From sequence record OZ035850: a DNA stretch of 64,000 nt. One strand, written 5' to 3'. The position numbers and the translations under genes were made by a program. This DNA is from Escherichia phage vB_Eco_TB37. Positions 45,136 through 56,023 of this stretch are shown here, piece after piece (within the stretch, counting starts at the first letter, position 1; each line of letters begins with the position of its first letter). The notes beneath the pieces were generated by a model. It saw only the letters and a program-made list of their open reading frames with translations. It was not told the DNA's origin and ran no database searches.

Positions 45136-45483
45136 TTAATACGGTTTAGCATCAAATTTTCTCTCAATTTCAGGCGTGAAATATAATTCTTTACCGCGTT
45201 TGGAAAAGCGACCAATAATATGATAATTATTCTCATCAAACGTAATATTACCAATATCCATAGCTTTCAACCAAATATCGATATTTCTATCCAGCTTTAT
45301 GTCAAAATTCCAATATGGAGAACTATTACCGAAAATACTGCAAGCGGATTCAGTGAAACAACTGCTATAAATCTTGTCTTTAGGAACTACTAATTGATAG
45401 ACACCTTTAATAAACTGAGGACCTTGCCATTTTGGCTGTTTCGTGTCTTTTTCTAATAGAATAGGGTAATAATTAAAATTCAT
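45136..45483 (-). CDS. Hypothetical protein, about 115 aa, in the frd-td intergenic position
   Basis: Track ORF 45136..45495 starts at GTG; ATG at 45483; fills a 410-bp gap between frd and td. Confidence 0.5.
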   Translation of the reverse strand: MNFNYYPILLEKDTKQPKWQGPQFIKGVYQLVVPKDKIYSSCFTESACSIFGNSSPYWNFDIKLDRNIDIWLKAMDIGNITFDENNYHIIGRFSKRGKELYFTPEIERKFDAKPY

Positions 45484-45503
45484 ATTTTCCGCCACGCGTT
45501 ATT

Positions 45504-46330
<827 letters not shown>

Positions 46331-46340
46331 ATTATTTTCC

Positions 46341-46583
46341 TTAAACAGACTTTTTCACAATTTTCCAATCAGCTTTAAACTGCTCGACGTCAGAATGGTA
46401 AATCCAAAATCCTGCGCTTTCTCCGTCTTCATAAAGAGGACATCCATCACATTCATCTTCCCACCCCATATCACGTAAAAGGTGTTCAGCTTTTTCAACA
46501 AGCTCAGAATCTTTACCGATGATATTAAAATACCATTTACCTCTAACTTCTGAATCTTTAATGCTCTGACGTTGTAATCTCAT
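46341..46583 (-). CDS. Hypothetical protein, about 80 aa
   Basis: Track ORF starts at TTG 46676; ATG at 46583 with GAGGAG RBS, early-type promoter upstream. Confidence 0.6.
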   Translation of the reverse strand: MRLQRQSIKDSEVRGKWYFNIIGKDSELVEKAEHLLRDMGWEDECDGCPLYEDGESAGFWIYHSDVEQFKADWKIVKKSV

Positions 46584-46612
46584 TTTATTCTCCTCATGTA
46601 GTTGATAGGGTA

Positions 46613-46642
46613 ATAGTATCACACTACTACCCTGTTGTAAAC
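46613..46642 (-). promoter_or_regulatory. Early sigma70-type promoter (GTTTAC, 18 bp, TACTAT)
   Basis: Hexamers on minus strand upstream of ORF 46341..46583. Confidence 0.5.
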
Positions 46643-46650
46643 AATTATTT

Positions 46651-46905
46651 TTAAATTTTATCGAGCCACTTACCAAGCTTAATCATTTCTTTAGTAGCCT
46701 TTTCCATACTTCTGAACTTAACCAATAGAGGATAGGTATCGACACCCATAACTAAACTGGTTACAAGACTGTGTTCACCCACAAGCCATAACGAATACGT
46801 TTGAATATCGAGCCCGTAATTTCTGTCTTTATGGACCCGTACACCCATCACTTCAAATTTCTCACTAGCTTTTTCTACCGCATCCAGGAAATCATCTTTA
46901 GTCAT
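46651..46905 (-). CDS. Hypothetical protein, about 84 aa
   Basis: Track ORF 46651..46947; ATG at 46905 lies 1 nt after upstream stop. Confidence 0.5.
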   Translation of the reverse strand: MTKDDFLDAVEKASEKFEVMGVRVHKDRNYGLDIQTYSLWLVGEHSLVTSLVMGVDTYPLLVKFRSMEKATKEMIKLGKWLDKI

Positions 46906-46906
46906 A

Positions 46907-47272
46907 TTAGGCCTTAAAAGTTTTTCGCAAAAGTTCAATGATTTCATCTACATTGTTTTCGTCAACAATGCAGTGAATTTTTGTTACGCCATAAACCTCG
47001 TCTTTGACTTCATCTTCTTCAGAAGTCGGTTCTTCATACTCACGAAAACAATGAAATTCGTCTTCACAAACGTTAAAGTAAAAATGCTTTCCATTTGCGC
47101 ATTCAATGTGTTTTATTACTCTAAATCCATCAACAAAGAAAGCTTCTTTAACTTCAAACCATCCTCCATTTTCTTGAATAATTTTAACTATTGATGAATT
47201 AGAACGTGGGCGATAATTAATAAATGTATCAATAAGTCTTGGAACAAGTTCATACTTTTTGCCGATATACAT
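46907..47272 (-). CDS. Hypothetical protein, 121 aa
   Basis: ORF with ATG start. Confidence 0.55.
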   Translation of the reverse strand: MYIGKKYELVPRLIDTFINYRPRSNSSIVKIIQENGGWFEVKEAFFVDGFRVIKHIECANGKHFYFNVCEDEFHCFREYEEPTSEEDEVKDEVYGVTKIHCIVDENNVDEIIELLRKTFKA

Positions 47273-47316
47273 TACGTTTTCCTCATTTTAACGGGGCTGT
47301 AATAGCCCCTTGATAA

Positions 47317-47547
47317 TTATTGTTCAATCAATCCCATGTAAAATTCTGCGTCTTCAGAATCCATGCCATCACAATATTCATTAGCCATAAAGCGGGTGAG
47401 GTCTTCAAGAGGACCTTCAATGACAATAGAAAAATTGCAATAATTGGGATCATCATGAATACTTGTGATACTAAGTTCAGGATAACGATTACGAATAATT
47501 TCTTCGATATATTCAAAATCAACGATGTCAATATCAACTTTAGCCAT
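47317..47547 (-). CDS. Hypothetical acidic protein, about 76 aa
   Basis: Track ORF starts at TTG 47673 inside the gene 32 terminator; ATG at 47547 with AAGAGGA RBS and early-type promoter upstream. Confidence 0.6.
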   Translation of the reverse strand: MAKVDIDIVDFEYIEEIIRNRYPELSITSIHDDPNYCNFSIVIEGPLEDLTRFMANEYCDGMDSEDAEFYMGLIEQ

Positions 47548-47590
47548 ATTATTTTCCTCTTTAATCATCAGCAGTATTGCCGATAGTTGT

Positions 47591-47620
47591 ATAGTACCAT
47601 GGAAGGACAAGGATGTAAAC
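47591..47620 (-). promoter_or_regulatory. Early sigma70-type promoter (GTTTAC, 18 bp, TACTAT)
   Basis: Hexamers on minus strand just downstream of gene 32 terminator. Confidence 0.5.
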
Positions 47621-47640
47621 CATTTTGTGAAAAAAATTTT

Positions 47641-47671
47641 TGAAATAAAAAAGGGGACCCTAGAGGTCCCC
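47641..47671 (-). terminator. Intrinsic terminator after gene 32 (minus strand)
   Basis: GGGGACC-loop-GGTCCCC followed on minus strand by a U-tract. Confidence 0.7.
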
Positions 47672-47693
47672 AATTAATTAGTAATATAATCTA

Positions 47694-48602
47694 TTAAAGG
47701 TCATTCAAAAGGTCATCCAGGTCCGTGTCATCAGCACTAGATGAACTGCCAGAGCTTGAGCTCATAAAATCATCTTCAGTTTTTGTATTGAAGTCATCAA
47801 CATTGAATGCATCCAAATCATCAGCAACTTTATCAGCTTTCTTAGCAGCAGTTGCAGCAGCACCGCCCATCACAGCAGTTCCCATAACTTGACCAAATTT
47901 AGTGCTCAGTTCTTCAAACGATTTGAATTTATCTTTAGAAGTCATTTCAGAAAGGTCAACCATTTGTTCGAACAGTTCTTTCTGGAAAGATTCATCATCA
48001 ATGTTTGGAATCGCAGATTGATTCAGGAATTTAGATTCGTCGTAGTTACTAAATCCAGAAACTTGTTTAACTTTCAGTACAAAGTTAGCACCTTCCCACG
48101 GACAAGTTACATCAACTGGAGTTTCACCCATTTCAACATCAACCGCAATCATTGCATTGATTTTATCCCAGATTTTCTTACCGAAACGGTATTTAAATAC
48201 TTTACCTTCGTTTTCTGGAGCAGCTGGGTCTTTTACTACAAGAATGTTAGCCCAGTAAGAAGTTTTACGTTTAACAAGACTGTACTCTTTATTGTCAGTG
48301 TTGTACAGATCATTTTTACTAATGTATTGACATACTGGGCAAGAATCGTAATCACCGTGGGTAGATGAACAGTTTTCAATATACCATTTACCATTTTTCT
48401 TGAAACCGTGATTTACAAGAATTGCGAATGGTGCTTGTTCATCATTTTTAGACGGAAGAAAACGAATTACTGCTTGACCATTACCCGCATTGTCGAGTTT
48501 CAGTTTCCACTCGCCTTTATCTTCAGAAGAAAAACCACCTTTATTTCCAGCCAGTTTAGCCATTTGTGCAGCGAGTTCAGCAGTAGATTTACGTTTAAAC
48601 AT
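47694..48602 (-). CDS. 32: Single-stranded DNA-binding protein gp32
   Basis: 302 aa, Ser/Asp-rich acidic C-terminus, terminator hairpin downstream. Confidence 0.95.
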   Translation of the reverse strand: MFKRKSTAELAAQMAKLAGNKGGFSSEDKGEWKLKLDNAGNGQAVIRFLPSKNDEQAPFAILVNHGFKKNGKWYIENCSSTHGDYDSCPVCQYISKNDLYNTDNKEYSLVKRKTSYWANILVVKDPAAPENEGKVFKYRFGKKIWDKINAMIAVDVEMGETPVDVTCPWEGANFVLKVKQVSGFSNYDESKFLNQSAIPNIDDESFQKELFEQMVDLSEMTSKDKFKSFEELSTKFGQVMGTAVMGGAAATAAKKADKVADDLDAFNVDDFNTKTEDDFMSSSSGSSSSADDTDLDDLLNDL

Positions 48603-48685
48603 TTTTATTTCCTTTTTAATTTAATTAACAGTTGGTGCTATGACGATGTATGACCTCATAGCTGGTCAGTGAGATAATTATAATC

Positions 48686-48693
48686 TATTTATA
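48686..48693 (-). promoter_or_regulatory. Possible late promoter motif (minus strand) upstream of gene 32
   Basis: Plus-strand TATTTATA about 85 nt upstream of gene 32 ATG. Confidence 0.4.
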
Positions 48694-48701
48694 ATAAGCA
48701 A

Positions 48702-49355
48702 TTAATACTTACAAGATTTCACAGTTTCAATAAAAACTTTTTTAGCTTCCTGTGAATCAATATTTAAAATTTTTCTATAAGCCTTTAACTTTATAGAATA
48801 ATTATTCCAAACTAAATTATCAGTCTGTTCATCATGTTTATCGATTATATTTAAAAACGAATCAAGCAAGATAAACGTCTCAAACGAAATTATATTCGAT
48901 TGAAGTAGTTTAAAAATATAACTTGACTGAACTTTTGGATTATACTCAAAGATTTCTTTAAAAGCAGAAACTTCAACTTTTTTACTAAAATAATAAATGT
49001 TGCGAATATCTTCTTCAAACTTAAATTTAATTTGCTTTAAGCGTCCGATATATTCACGATAAAACACAAGTGCATCAGCGTCAGAGATGTCACCAATCCA
49101 AGCATCTTGGTTAGCAACCAAATTGCTTATAAAGATTAAAGCAAGTTCCTTTAATTTATATTTTTCTGATAACTTCTGGAAAAAATACTTATCCCTTCGC
49201 TTTTGATAAGCAGCATCAGACACCCGCATGCACCAATTATACTTAATAACATCATACTTTCCATTCATATGCTGTTTTATCATTAAGTATAATTTATAAA
49301 CTGATTTACCATCAATGTATCTTTCACCACCAGCAGGCATGCGGAGTTTAATCAT
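48702..49355 (-). CDS. 59: Helicase loader gp59
   Basis: 217 aa, sequence as T4 gp59. Confidence 0.9.
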   Translation of the reverse strand: MIKLRMPAGGERYIDGKSVYKLYLMIKQHMNGKYDVIKYNWCMRVSDAAYQKRRDKYFFQKLSEKYKLKELALIFISNLVANQDAWIGDISDADALVFYREYIGRLKQIKFKFEEDIRNIYYFSKKVEVSAFKEIFEYNPKVQSSYIFKLLQSNIISFETFILLDSFLNIIDKHDEQTDNLVWNNYSIKLKAYRKILNIDSQEAKKVFIETVKSCKY

Positions 49356-49690
49356 AGCAGAAAATCTAATGTATTAGTTTTTTCACAACGAACAACAGAA
49401 GGACGTAAAAGATTTTCGTCAATAGCTTCCGACTGAATTTTTTCAATTATACCAGAAGGAATAAATTTAGCAAATTGAGTTTCAGGAATAGAGTTTTCTT
49501 CCAAGAATGCTGTCGTAGCTTCAAGATAACTCATTCCAAATTCTTCTACCATTTTTTCAATAATAAATCCATTTTCTTGACGATCAAGAAGCTTTGCTAT
49601 TTCATCCTTTTCTTTCTTGATTGAAAGTTCTTTTTCTGAAAGACCGGTCTCATCGACCGGGCGAATATCATTTAGAGAAAACTGTGTCAT
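49352..49690 (-). CDS. 33: Late transcription co-activator gp33
   Basis: Track ORF 115 aa; start at MTQFSLND gives 112 aa as in T4. Confidence 0.85.
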   Translation of the reverse strand: MTQFSLNDIRPVDETGLSEKELSIKKEKDEIAKLLDRQENGFIIEKMVEEFGMSYLEATTAFLEENSIPETQFAKFIPSGIIEKIQSEAIDENLLRPSVVRCEKTNTLDFLL

Positions 49691-49937
49691 AAAGTTCAAC
49701 TACCTCTTCGGTTTCAGCTTCAAACACATCACGGTTATCTTTATGATATAGAGCCAAAAGACGATTAAACATCTTGCCATCAACACCAAGTTCATCTTTA
49801 GCACGAATTCGAATATCTTTAATCAATTCATTATAACCAGAAATTTTCAGTTTATGATCAGATGCTTCTTTAATAAATTTAGCCAAATCTTCGCCATGGA
49901 TAGCTTCATCAAATTCAACCATTTCTTTTTTAGCCAT
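49668..49937 (-). CDS. dsbA: dsDNA-binding protein DsbA
   Basis: 89 aa, position between rnh and 33. Confidence 0.8.
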   Translation of the reverse strand: MAKKEMVEFDEAIHGEDLAKFIKEASDHKLKISGYNELIKDIRIRAKDELGVDGKMFNRLLALYHKDNRDVFEAETEEVVELYDTVFSK

Positions 49938-49945
49938 TATTCACC

Positions 49946-50863
49946 TCAAAATTCATTAATGCTATTAGTTAATTTAGAAAGACCCGCTTTTACAAAATAT
50001 GAATAAATTTTGCCACGCGGTGGTAATTTATATGAATTATAGTAATTCACAATGTTTGAAGCAATATTATCAGGAATATAATCAAAATCAATTAGAACTA
50101 AATTTTCTTTATAACGATTATATTCAGATTCTGTAAGAAGCACCTTAGCTTGCTCACGGTCATTAGCAATAGCTTCAACGATTGAAGTTTTCATTGAAGG
50201 AGTTCGTTCACCTTCAACTCTGGTAAACCAAAAGTCAGATCGTACTTTAACTGAAGCAACGTTGTCCTTTTTGTCGCCTTTAAGGATTTTAGTCATACAG
50301 TCAATTTCAGCAGAACCGCTTTTAATTTTAACCCATTTCTTGTGCATCGGTGACCATTGCTTAACATTTGGGTATTTGTGAAGCTGTGTAAAGTCACCAT
50401 CCGACGAAATGATTAAAATCTTATGTCCTTCTAAAGAGAACTTTTTAACAAGAACAGCAATGTGGTCATCTGCTTCATACTTATCAATATCCATAACAAT
50501 GTATGGCATATAAGCTTTCAATTCATCTATAACTTTATGACTGGATTCAAAATAACCTTCCCAGTCCCAAGTCGATTCTTCTCGTGCTTTTCCACGGTTT
50601 TTCTTATAATAATAAGCAAAATCACGGCGCCAGTATCCAGATTTCGCGTTATCAATACACAGTACAATTTTAGTGTATCCAAGCGTTTTTGCTTTTTTGA
50701 CATTAAACTTAATTGAGTTCAATATCAAATGACGAACCATTGATAAATTAATTTTTTCTTTATCTGGGAAGTTTACTAAAGCAGTTGAAAGCGCAATTTG
50801 ACTAAAGTCAATAAAGCAAATTCCTTCTTTGTAATCTTCATCCAGCATCATTTCTAAATCCAT
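49946..50863 (-). CDS. rnh: RNase H (5'-3' exonuclease / flap endonuclease)
   Basis: Track ORF starts at TTG 50878; ATG at 50863 (MDLEMMLDED) gives 305 aa. Confidence 0.88.
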   Translation of the reverse strand: MDLEMMLDEDYKEGICFIDFSQIALSTALVNFPDKEKINLSMVRHLILNSIKFNVKKAKTLGYTKIVLCIDNAKSGYWRRDFAYYYKKNRGKAREESTWDWEGYFESSHKVIDELKAYMPYIVMDIDKYEADDHIAVLVKKFSLEGHKILIISSDGDFTQLHKYPNVKQWSPMHKKWVKIKSGSAEIDCMTKILKGDKKDNVASVKVRSDFWFTRVEGERTPSMKTSIVEAIANDREQAKVLLTESEYNRYKENLVLIDFDYIPDNIASNIVNYYNSYKLPPRGKIYSYFVKAGLSKLTNSINEF

Positions 50864-50925
50864 ATGAACCTCGTTCAATTAGTGAGATTTCTATTATATA
50901 CCATCCAAATCTTAAAGTAAACAAG

Positions 50926-50933
50926 TATAAATA
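50926..50933 (+). promoter_or_regulatory. Late promoter motif upstream of gene 34
   Basis: Exact TATAAATA. Confidence 0.7.
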
Positions 50934-50967
50934 CTTATTATTGAAAACACAATAGGAGCCCGGGAGA

Positions 50968-53900
50968 ATGGCCGAGATTAAAAGAAAGTTCAGAGCAGAA
51001 GACGGTCTGGACGCAGGTGGTGATAAAATAATCAACGTAGCTTTAGCTGATCGTACCGTAGGAACTGACGGTGTTAACGTTGATTACTTAATTCAAGAAA
51101 ACACAGTTCAACAATACGATCCAACTCGTGGATATTTAAAAGATTTTGTAATCATTTATGATAACCGCTTTTGGGCTGCTATAAATGATATTCCAAAACC
51201 GGCAGGAGCTTTTAATAGCGGACGCTGGAGAGCATTACGTACCGATGCTAACTGGATTACGGTTTCATCTGGTTCATATCAATTAAAATCTGGTGAAGCT
51301 ATTTCGGTTAACACCGCAGCTGGTAATGATATTACATTTACTTTACCATCTACCCCAATTGATGGTGATACTATCGTTCTCCAAGATATTGGAGGAAAAC
51401 CTGGAGTTAACCAAGTTTTAATTGTAGCTCCGGTGCAAAGTATTGTAAACTTCAGAGGTCAACAAGTACGTTCAGTACTAATGACTCATCCAAAGTCACA
51501 GCTAGTTTTAATTTTTAGTAATCGTCTGTGGCAAATGTATGTTGCTGATTATAGTAGAGAAGCTGTAGTTGTAACACCAGCGAATACTTATCAAGCGCAA
51601 TCAAATGATTTTATCGTACGTAGATTTACTTCTGCTGCACCAATTAATGTTAAACTTCCAAGATTTGCTAATCATGGCGATATTATTAATTTCGTTGATT
51701 TAGATAAACTGAATCCACTTTATCATACAATTGTTACTACATATGATGAAACGACTTCAGTACAAGAAGTTGGAACTCATTCCATTGAAGGCCGTACATC
51801 GATTGACGGTTTCTTGATGTTTGATGATAATGAGAAATTGTGGAGATTGTTTGACGGGGATAGTAAAGCACGTTTACGCATTATAACGACTAATTCTAAT
51901 ATTCGTCCAAACGAAGAAGTTATGGTATTTGGTGCGAATAACGGAACAACTCAGACAATTGAACTTCAGCTTCCTACTGATATTTCTGTTGGTGATACTG
52001 TTAAAATTTCCATGAATTACATGAGAAAAGGACAAACAGTTAAAATCAAAGCTGCAGGCGAAGATAAAATTGCTTCTTCAGTTCAATTGCTGCAATTCCC
52101 AAAACGCTCAGAATATCCACCTGAAGCTGAATGGGTTACAGTTCAAGAATTAGTTTTTAACGGTGAAACTAATTATGTTCCAGTTTTACAACTTGCTTAT
52201 ATAGAAGATTCTGATGGAAAATACTGGGTTGTACAGCAAAACGTTCCAACTGTAGAAAGAGTTGATTCTTTAAATGATTCTACTAGAGCAAGATTAGGCG
52301 TAATTGCTTTAGCTACACAAGCTCAAGCTAATGTCGATTTAGAAAATTCTCCACAAAAAGAATTAGCAATTACTCCAGAAACATTAGCTAACCGTACTGC
52401 TACAGAAACTCGCAGAGGTATCGCAAGAATAGCAACTACTGCTCAAGTGAATCAGAACACCACATTCTCTTTTGCTGATGATATTATCATCACTCCTAAA
52501 AAGCTGAATGAAAGAACTGCTACAGAAACTCGCAGAGGTGTCGCAGAAATTGCTACGCAGCAAGAAACTAATACAGGAACCGATGATACTACAATCATTA
52601 CTCCTAAAAAGCTTCAAGCTCGTCAAGGTTCTGAATCATTATCTGGTATTGTAACTTTTGTATCTACTGCAGGTGCTACTCCAGCTTCTAGCCGTGAATT
52701 AAATGGTACGAATGTTTATAATAAAAACACTAATAATTTAGTTGTTTCACCTAAAGCTTTGGATCAGTATAAAGCTACTCCAACGCAGCAAGGTGCAGTA
52801 ATTTTAGCAGTTGAAAGTGAAGTAATTGCTGGACAAAGCCAAGAAGGATGGGCAAATGCTGTTGTAACGCCAGAAACGTTACATAAAAAGACATCAACCG
52901 ATGGAAGAATTGGTTTAATTGAAATTGCTACGCAAAGTGAAGTTAATACAGGAACTGATTATACTCGTGCAGTCACTCCTAAAACTTTAAATGACCGTAG
53001 AGCAACTGAAAGTTTAAGTGGTATAGCTGAAATTGCTACGCAAGTTGAATTCGACGCAGGCGTCGACGATACTCGTATCTCTACACCATTAAAAATTAAA
53101 ACCAGATTTAATAATACTGATCGTACTTCTGTTGTTGCTCTATCTGGATTAGTTGAATCAGGAACTCTCTGGGACCATTATACCCTTAATATTCTTGAAG
53201 CAAATGAGACACAGCGTGGTACACTTCGTGTAGCTACACAGGTTGAAGCTGCTGCAGGAACATTAGATAATGTTTTAATAACTCCTAAAAAGCTTTTAGG
53301 TACTAAATCTACCGAATCGCAAGAAGGTGTTATTAAAGTTGCAACTCAGTCTGAAACTGTGACTGGAACGTCAGCAAATACTGCTGTATCTCCAAAAAAT
53401 TTAAAATGGATTGTGCAGAGTGAACCTACTTGGGCAGCTACTACTGCGATAAGGGGCTTTGTTAAAACTTCATCTGGTTCAATTACATTCGTTGGTAATG
53501 ATACAGTCGGTTCTACCCAAGATTTAGAACTGTATGAGAAAAATAGTTATGCGGTATCACCATATGAATTAAACCGTGTATTAGCAAATTATTTGCCATT
53601 AAAAGCAAAAGCTGTAGATAGTAATTTATTGGATGGTCTAGATTCATCTCAGTTCATTCGTAGGGATATTGCACAGACGGTTAATGGTTCACTAACCTTA
53701 ACCCAACAAACGAATCTGAGTGCCCCTCTTGTATCATCTAGTACTGCTACGTTTGGTGGATCAGTTTCGGCAAATAGTACATTAACTATTTCTAATACTG
53801 GAACGGCAACTCGTCTGATTTTTGAGAAAGGACCTCAAACTGGAACTAACCCAGCACAGACGATGACTATCAGAGTTTGGGGAAATCAGTTTGGTGGCGG

Positions 53901-54837
53901 ATCAGATACAACACGTTCTACTGTATTTGAAGTTGGTGATGAAACATCTAATCACTTTTATTCTCAACGTAATAAAGCTGGTAATATTACGTTTAGCATT
54001 AATGGTACTGTGATGCCAATAAATGTTAACGCTTCCGGTTCATTGAATGCGAATGGCGTAGCAACATTTGGTAGTTCAGTTACAGCCAATGGTGAATTCA
54101 TTAGCAAGTCTGCAAATGCTTTCAGAGCAATAAACGGTGATTATGGATTCTTTATCAGGAATGATGGCGGCAGCACATATTTTATGCTTACTGCATCTGG
54201 TGATCAGACCGGTGGATTTAATGGATTACGTCCATTATCAATTAATAATCAATCCGGTCAAGTCACAATTGGTGAAAGCTTAATCATTGCCAAAGGTGCT
54301 ACTATAAATTCAGGCGGTTTAACTGTTAACTCGAGAATTCGTTCTCAGGGCACTAAAACATCTGACTTATATACCCGCGCACCAACATCTGATACTGTAG
54401 GATTCTGGTCAATTGATATTAACGATTCAGCCACTTATAACCAGTTCCCGGGTTATTTTAAAATGGTTGAAAAAACTAATGAAGTGACTGGGCTTCCATA
54501 CTTAGAACGTGGCGAAGAAGTTAAATCTCCTGGTACACTGACTCAGTTTGGTAACACACTTGATTCGCTTTACCAAGATTGGATTACTTATCCAACGACG
54601 CCAGAAGCGCGTACCACTCGCTGGACACGTACATGGCAGAAAACCAAAAACTCTTGGTCAAGTTTTGTTCAGGTATTTGACGGAGGTAACCCTCCTCAAC
54701 CATCTGATATTGGTGCTTTACCATCTGATAATGCTACAATGGGGAATCTTACTATTCGTGATTTCTTGCGAATTGGTAATGTTCGCATTATTCCTGACCC
54801 AGTGAATAAAACTGTTAAATTTGAATGGGTTGAATAA
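50968..54837 (+). CDS. 34: Long tail fibre proximal subunit gp34
   Basis: 1289 aa, internal repeats, TATAAATA upstream. Confidence 0.93.
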   Translation: MAEIKRKFRAEDGLDAGGDKIINVALADRTVGTDGVNVDYLIQENTVQQYDPTRGYLKDFVIIYDNRFWAAINDIPKPAGAFNSGRWRALRTDANWITVSSGSYQLKSGEAISVNTAAGNDITFTLPSTPIDGDTIVLQDIGGKPGVNQVLIVAPVQSIVNFRGQQVRSVLMTHPKSQLVLIFSNRLWQMYVADYSREAVVVTPANTYQAQSNDFIVRRFTSAAPINVKLPRFANHGDIINFVDLDKLNPLYHTIVTTYDETTSVQEVGTHSIEGRTSIDGFLMFDDNEKLWRLFDGDSKARLRIITTNSNIRPNEEVMVFGANNGTTQTIELQLPTDISVGDTVKISMNYMRKGQTVKIKAAGEDKIASSVQLLQFPKRSEYPPEAEWVTVQELVFNGETNYVPVLQLAYIEDSDGKYWVVQQNVPTVERVDSLNDSTRARLGVIALATQAQANVDLENSPQKELAITPETLANRTATETRRGIARIATTAQVNQNTTFSFADDIIITPKKLNERTATETRRGVAEIATQQETNTGTDDTTIITPKKLQARQGSESLSGIVTFVSTAGATPASSRELNGTNVYNKNTNNLVVSPKALDQYKATPTQQGAVILAVESEVIAGQSQEGWANAVVTPETLHKKTSTDGRIGLIEIATQSEVNTGTDYTRAVTPKTLNDRRATESLSGIAEIATQVEFDAGVDDTRISTPLKIKTRFNNTDRTSVVALSGLVESGTLWDHYTLNILEANETQRGTLRVATQVEAAAGTLDNVLITPKKLLGTKSTESQEGVIKVATQSETVTGTSANTAVSPKNLKWIVQSEPTWAATTAIRGFVKTSSGSITFVGNDTVGSTQDLELYEKNSYAVSPYELNRVLANYLPLKAKAVDSNLLDGLDSSQFIRRDIAQTVNGSLTLTQQTNLSAPLVSSSTATFGGSVSANSTLTISNTGTATRLIFEKGPQTGTNPAQTMTIRVWGNQFGGGSDTTRSTVFEVGDETSNHFYSQRNKAGNITFSINGTVMPINVNASGSLNANGVATFGSSVTANGEFISKSANAFRAINGDYGFFIRNDGGSTYFMLTASGDQTGGFNGLRPLSINNQSGQVTIGESLIIAKGATINSGGLTVNSRIRSQGTKTSDLYTRAPTSDTVGFWSIDINDSATYNQFPGYFKMVEKTNEVTGLPYLERGEEVKSPGTLTQFGNTLDSLYQDWITYPTTPEARTTRWTRTWQKTKNSWSSFVQVFDGGNPPQPSDIGALPSDNATMGNLTIRDFLRIGNVRIIPDPVNKTVKFEWVE
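52370..53420 (+). repeat. Internal repeat array within gene 34 (roughly nine units of about 40 codons)
   Basis: Recurring ITPKKL / TETRRG / EIATQ peptide motifs with matching DNA segments. Confidence 0.6.
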
Positions 54838-54845
54838 GAGGTATT

Positions 54846-55961
54846 ATGGAAAAATTTATGGCAGAGTTTGGACAAGGATATGTCCAAACGCCATTTTTAT
54901 CGGAAAGCAATTCAGTAAGATACAAAATAAGTATAGCGGGTTCTTGCCCGCTTTCTACAGCAGGACCATACGTTAAATTTCAGGATAATCCTGTCGGAAG
55001 TCAAACATTTAGCGCAGGCCTTCATTTAAGAGTTTTTGACCCTTCCACCGGAGCATTAGTTGATAGTAAGTCATATGCTTTTTCGACTTCAAATGATACT
55101 ACATCAGCTGCTTTTGTTAGTTTTATGAATTCTTTGACGAATAATAGAATTGTTGCTATATTGACTAGCGGAAAGGTTAATTTTCCTCCTGAAGTAGTAT
55201 CTTGGTTAAGAACCGCCGGAACGTCTGCTTTTCCATCTGATTCTATATTGTCAAGATTCGACGTATCATATGCTGCTTTTTATACTTCTTCTAAAAGAGC
55301 TATCGCATTAGAGCATGTTAAACTGAGTAATAGAAAAAGCACAGATGATTATCAAACTATTTTAGATGTTGTATTTGACAGTTTAGAAGATGTAGGAGCT
55401 ACCGGGTTTCCAAGAAGAACGTATGAAAGCGTTGAGCAATTCATGTCAGCGGTTGGTGGAACTAATAACGAAATTGCGCGTCTACCAACTTCAGCTGCTA
55501 TAAGTAAATTATCTGATTATAATTTAATTCCTGGTGATGTTCTTTATCTTAAAGCCCAGTTATATGCTGATGCTGATTTACTTGCTCTTGGAACTACAAA
55601 TATATCTATCCGTTTTTATAATGCATCTAACGGATATATTTCTTCAACACAGGCTGAATTTACTGGGCAAGCTGGGTCATGGGAATTAAAGGAAGATTAT
55701 GTAGTTGTTCCAGAAAACGCAGTAGGATTTACGATATATGCACAGAGAACTGCACAAGCTGGCCAAGGCGGCATGAGAAATTTAAGCTTTTCTGAAGTAT
55801 CAAGAAACGGCGGCATTTCAAAACCTGCTGAATTTGGCGTCAACGGTATTCGTGTTAATTATATCTGTGAATCTGCTTCACCTCCGGATATAATGGTACT
55901 TCCTACGCAAACATCATCTAAAACTGGTAAAGTGTTTGGGCAAGAATTTAGAGAAGTATAA
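54846..55961 (+). CDS. 35: Long tail fibre hinge protein gp35
   Basis: 371 aa, synteny. Confidence 0.88.
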   Translation: MEKFMAEFGQGYVQTPFLSESNSVRYKISIAGSCPLSTAGPYVKFQDNPVGSQTFSAGLHLRVFDPSTGALVDSKSYAFSTSNDTTSAAFVSFMNSLTNNRIVAILTSGKVNFPPEVVSWLRTAGTSAFPSDSILSRFDVSYAAFYTSSKRAIALEHVKLSNRKSTDDYQTILDVVFDSLEDVGATGFPRRTYESVEQFMSAVGGTNNEIARLPTSAAISKLSDYNLIPGDVLYLKAQLYADADLLALGTTNISIRFYNASNGYISSTQAEFTGQAGSWELKEDYVVVPENAVGFTIYAQRTAQAGQGGMRNLSFSEVSRNGGISKPAEFGVNGIRVNYICESASPPDIMVLPTQTSSKTGKVFGQEFREV

Positions 55962-55966
55962 ATTGA

Positions 55967-55990
55967 GGGAGCCTTCGGGTTCCCTTTTTC
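55967..55990 (+). terminator. Terminator hairpin after gene 35
   Basis: GGGAGCC-TTCG-GGTTCCC then TTTTTCTTT. Confidence 0.65.
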
Positions 55991-55992
55991 TT

Positions 55993-56000
55993 TATAAATA
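55993..56000 (+). promoter_or_regulatory. Late promoter motif upstream of gene 36
   Basis: Exact TATAAATA after gene 35 terminator. Confidence 0.7.
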
Positions 56001-56023
56001 CTATTAAAATAAAGGGGCATACA

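Noticed and set aside
47889-48368. 159-aa plus-strand ORF inside gene 32
   Set aside because: Antisense to a certain, highly conserved gene.
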